Shown: piece after piece, positions 5,309 through 5,705 of the stretch
Layout: each line of letters opens with the position of its first letter
Position numbering within the stretch: position 1 is the first letter of the stretch
DNA from: a virus
Length of the DNA stretch: 5,705 nucleotides
Reading direction: 5' to 3' (one strand)
Virus record (IMG/VR): IMGVR_UViG_3300045988_000216
Location: 1-5,705 of that record
The notes under the pieces: generated by a model
The model's input: only the letters and a program-made list of their open reading frames with translations
Told to the model about the DNA's origin: nothing
Database searches by the model: none
Made by a program: the position numbers and the translations under genes

Positions 5309-5431
5309 TTACAGCCGAATTCCGCCGCGCATAGGCTTCTGGCTGAGGTTGATACTTTTGGTTTTCCGCGCGGTCACGTTAAACATGCGCTTGTCTTTTG
5401 CGCCTTGCATGATTTTACGATGTCGTGCCAT
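5309..5431 (-). CDS. Small highly basic protein, 40 aa (MARHRKIMQGAKDKRMFNVTARKTKSINLSQKPMRGGIRL); candidate DNA-condensing protein analogous to phiX174 J / chlamydiaphage ORF8
   Basis: Hand translation gives ATG at 5431-5429 and TAA at 5311-5309. There are 12 K/R residues against 1 acidic residue. AAAGGGGGT lies 8 nt upstream. It overlaps the 3' end of the 75-aa ORF by 17 nt. It is below the ORF-track cutoff. Confidence 0.5.
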   Translation of the reverse strand: MARHRKIMQGAKDKRMFNVTARKTKSINLSQKPMRGGIRL

Positions 5432-5642
5432 TATAGAACCCCCTTTTTACTAGCTCTAGTTCGATAGCGTTGGCAAAGTTTTTGCATTGCCAGATTTCAT
5501 CTATCATCTTTTTTGCGGTCTCAATTTCGCCGATTTTTCGCAGGAGCTTGTAATCGTTCTCAATCTCTTTGTATTTCTTTTCAAGCAGTTCGGTTAGGTC
5601 TTTTTCGGTCTGGTCTCTTACGTTCCATGATTTTGTAATCAT
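5415..5642 (-). CDS. Hypothetical protein, 75 aa, predicted helical and charged
   Basis: The ORF has its ATG at 5642-5640, inside the terminal repeat and equivalent to 14-12. GGAAAGGA lies upstream. It is in register with the packed minus-strand gene chain. No recognisable motif. Confidence 0.55.
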   Translation of the reverse strand: MITKSWNVRDQTEKDLTELLEKKYKEIENDYKLLRKIGEIETAKKMIDEIWQCKNFANAIELELVKRGFYNGTTS

Positions 5643-5705
5643 TTTTGTTTATTCCTTTCCGTTCGACTGGTCGTGCAGGGCGTGATAAATCTCATCCATC
5701 TTTTC
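5629..5705. repeat. Terminal direct repeat, copy 2 (duplicate of 1-77); contains the duplicated start of the 75-aa ORF and a truncated second copy of the 38-aa ORF (5649-5705)
   Basis: Exact identity with 1-77. Confidence 0.9.

Noticed and set aside
45-5453. All plus-strand ORFs in the track (45-383, 332-517, 1367-1693, 1868-2050, 2159-2359, 2393-2782, 2779-2976, 3432-3716, 3434-3616, 4050-4283, 4598-4804, 4930-5334, 5205-5453), several of which look hydrophobic or membrane-like
   Set aside because: They lie antisense to well-supported minus-strand genes. Their Leu/Phe/Cys/Ser-rich low-complexity translations are what a T-rich antisense strand produces. They lack SD sequences, and Microviridae encode all genes on one strand.

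Overview
This window is one complete circular genome of a gokushovirus-like Microviridae ssDNA phage. Bases 1-77 are repeated exactly at 5629-5705, so the unit length is 5,628 nt. The window shows the reverse complement, because every credible gene is on the minus strand. In transcription order (high to low coordinates, wrapping over the junction) the genes are: VP5-like protein, VP3 scaffold, VP1 major capsid, VP2 pilot protein, VP4 HUH replication initiator, a 554-nt non-coding region, an M15-family zinc peptidase (putative lysin), a 38-aa ORF, a 75-aa ORF and a 40-aa very basic J/VP8-like ORF. The genes are tightly packed, with overlapping or abutting stop and start codons, and nearly every start has a GGAGG-type Shine-Dalgarno sequence. 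I see no rRNA, tRNA, CRISPR array, transposon or recognisable multi-gene defence system. The unusual content is in three places. (1) The 529-1082 intergenic region carries a consensus-like promoter inside a 53-nt palindrome, a dense TTCAAC(A)/TTTTAACA iteron-like array with two DnaA-box-like 9-mers, a tandem 21-nt perfectly alternating purine/pyrimidine repeat, and three strong hairpins. (2) The peptidase gene has its own promoter and no detectable holin. (3) The Shine-Dalgarno sequence of VP2 is separated from its ATG by a hairpin. All protein family calls come from motif recognition by eye, not from database searches.
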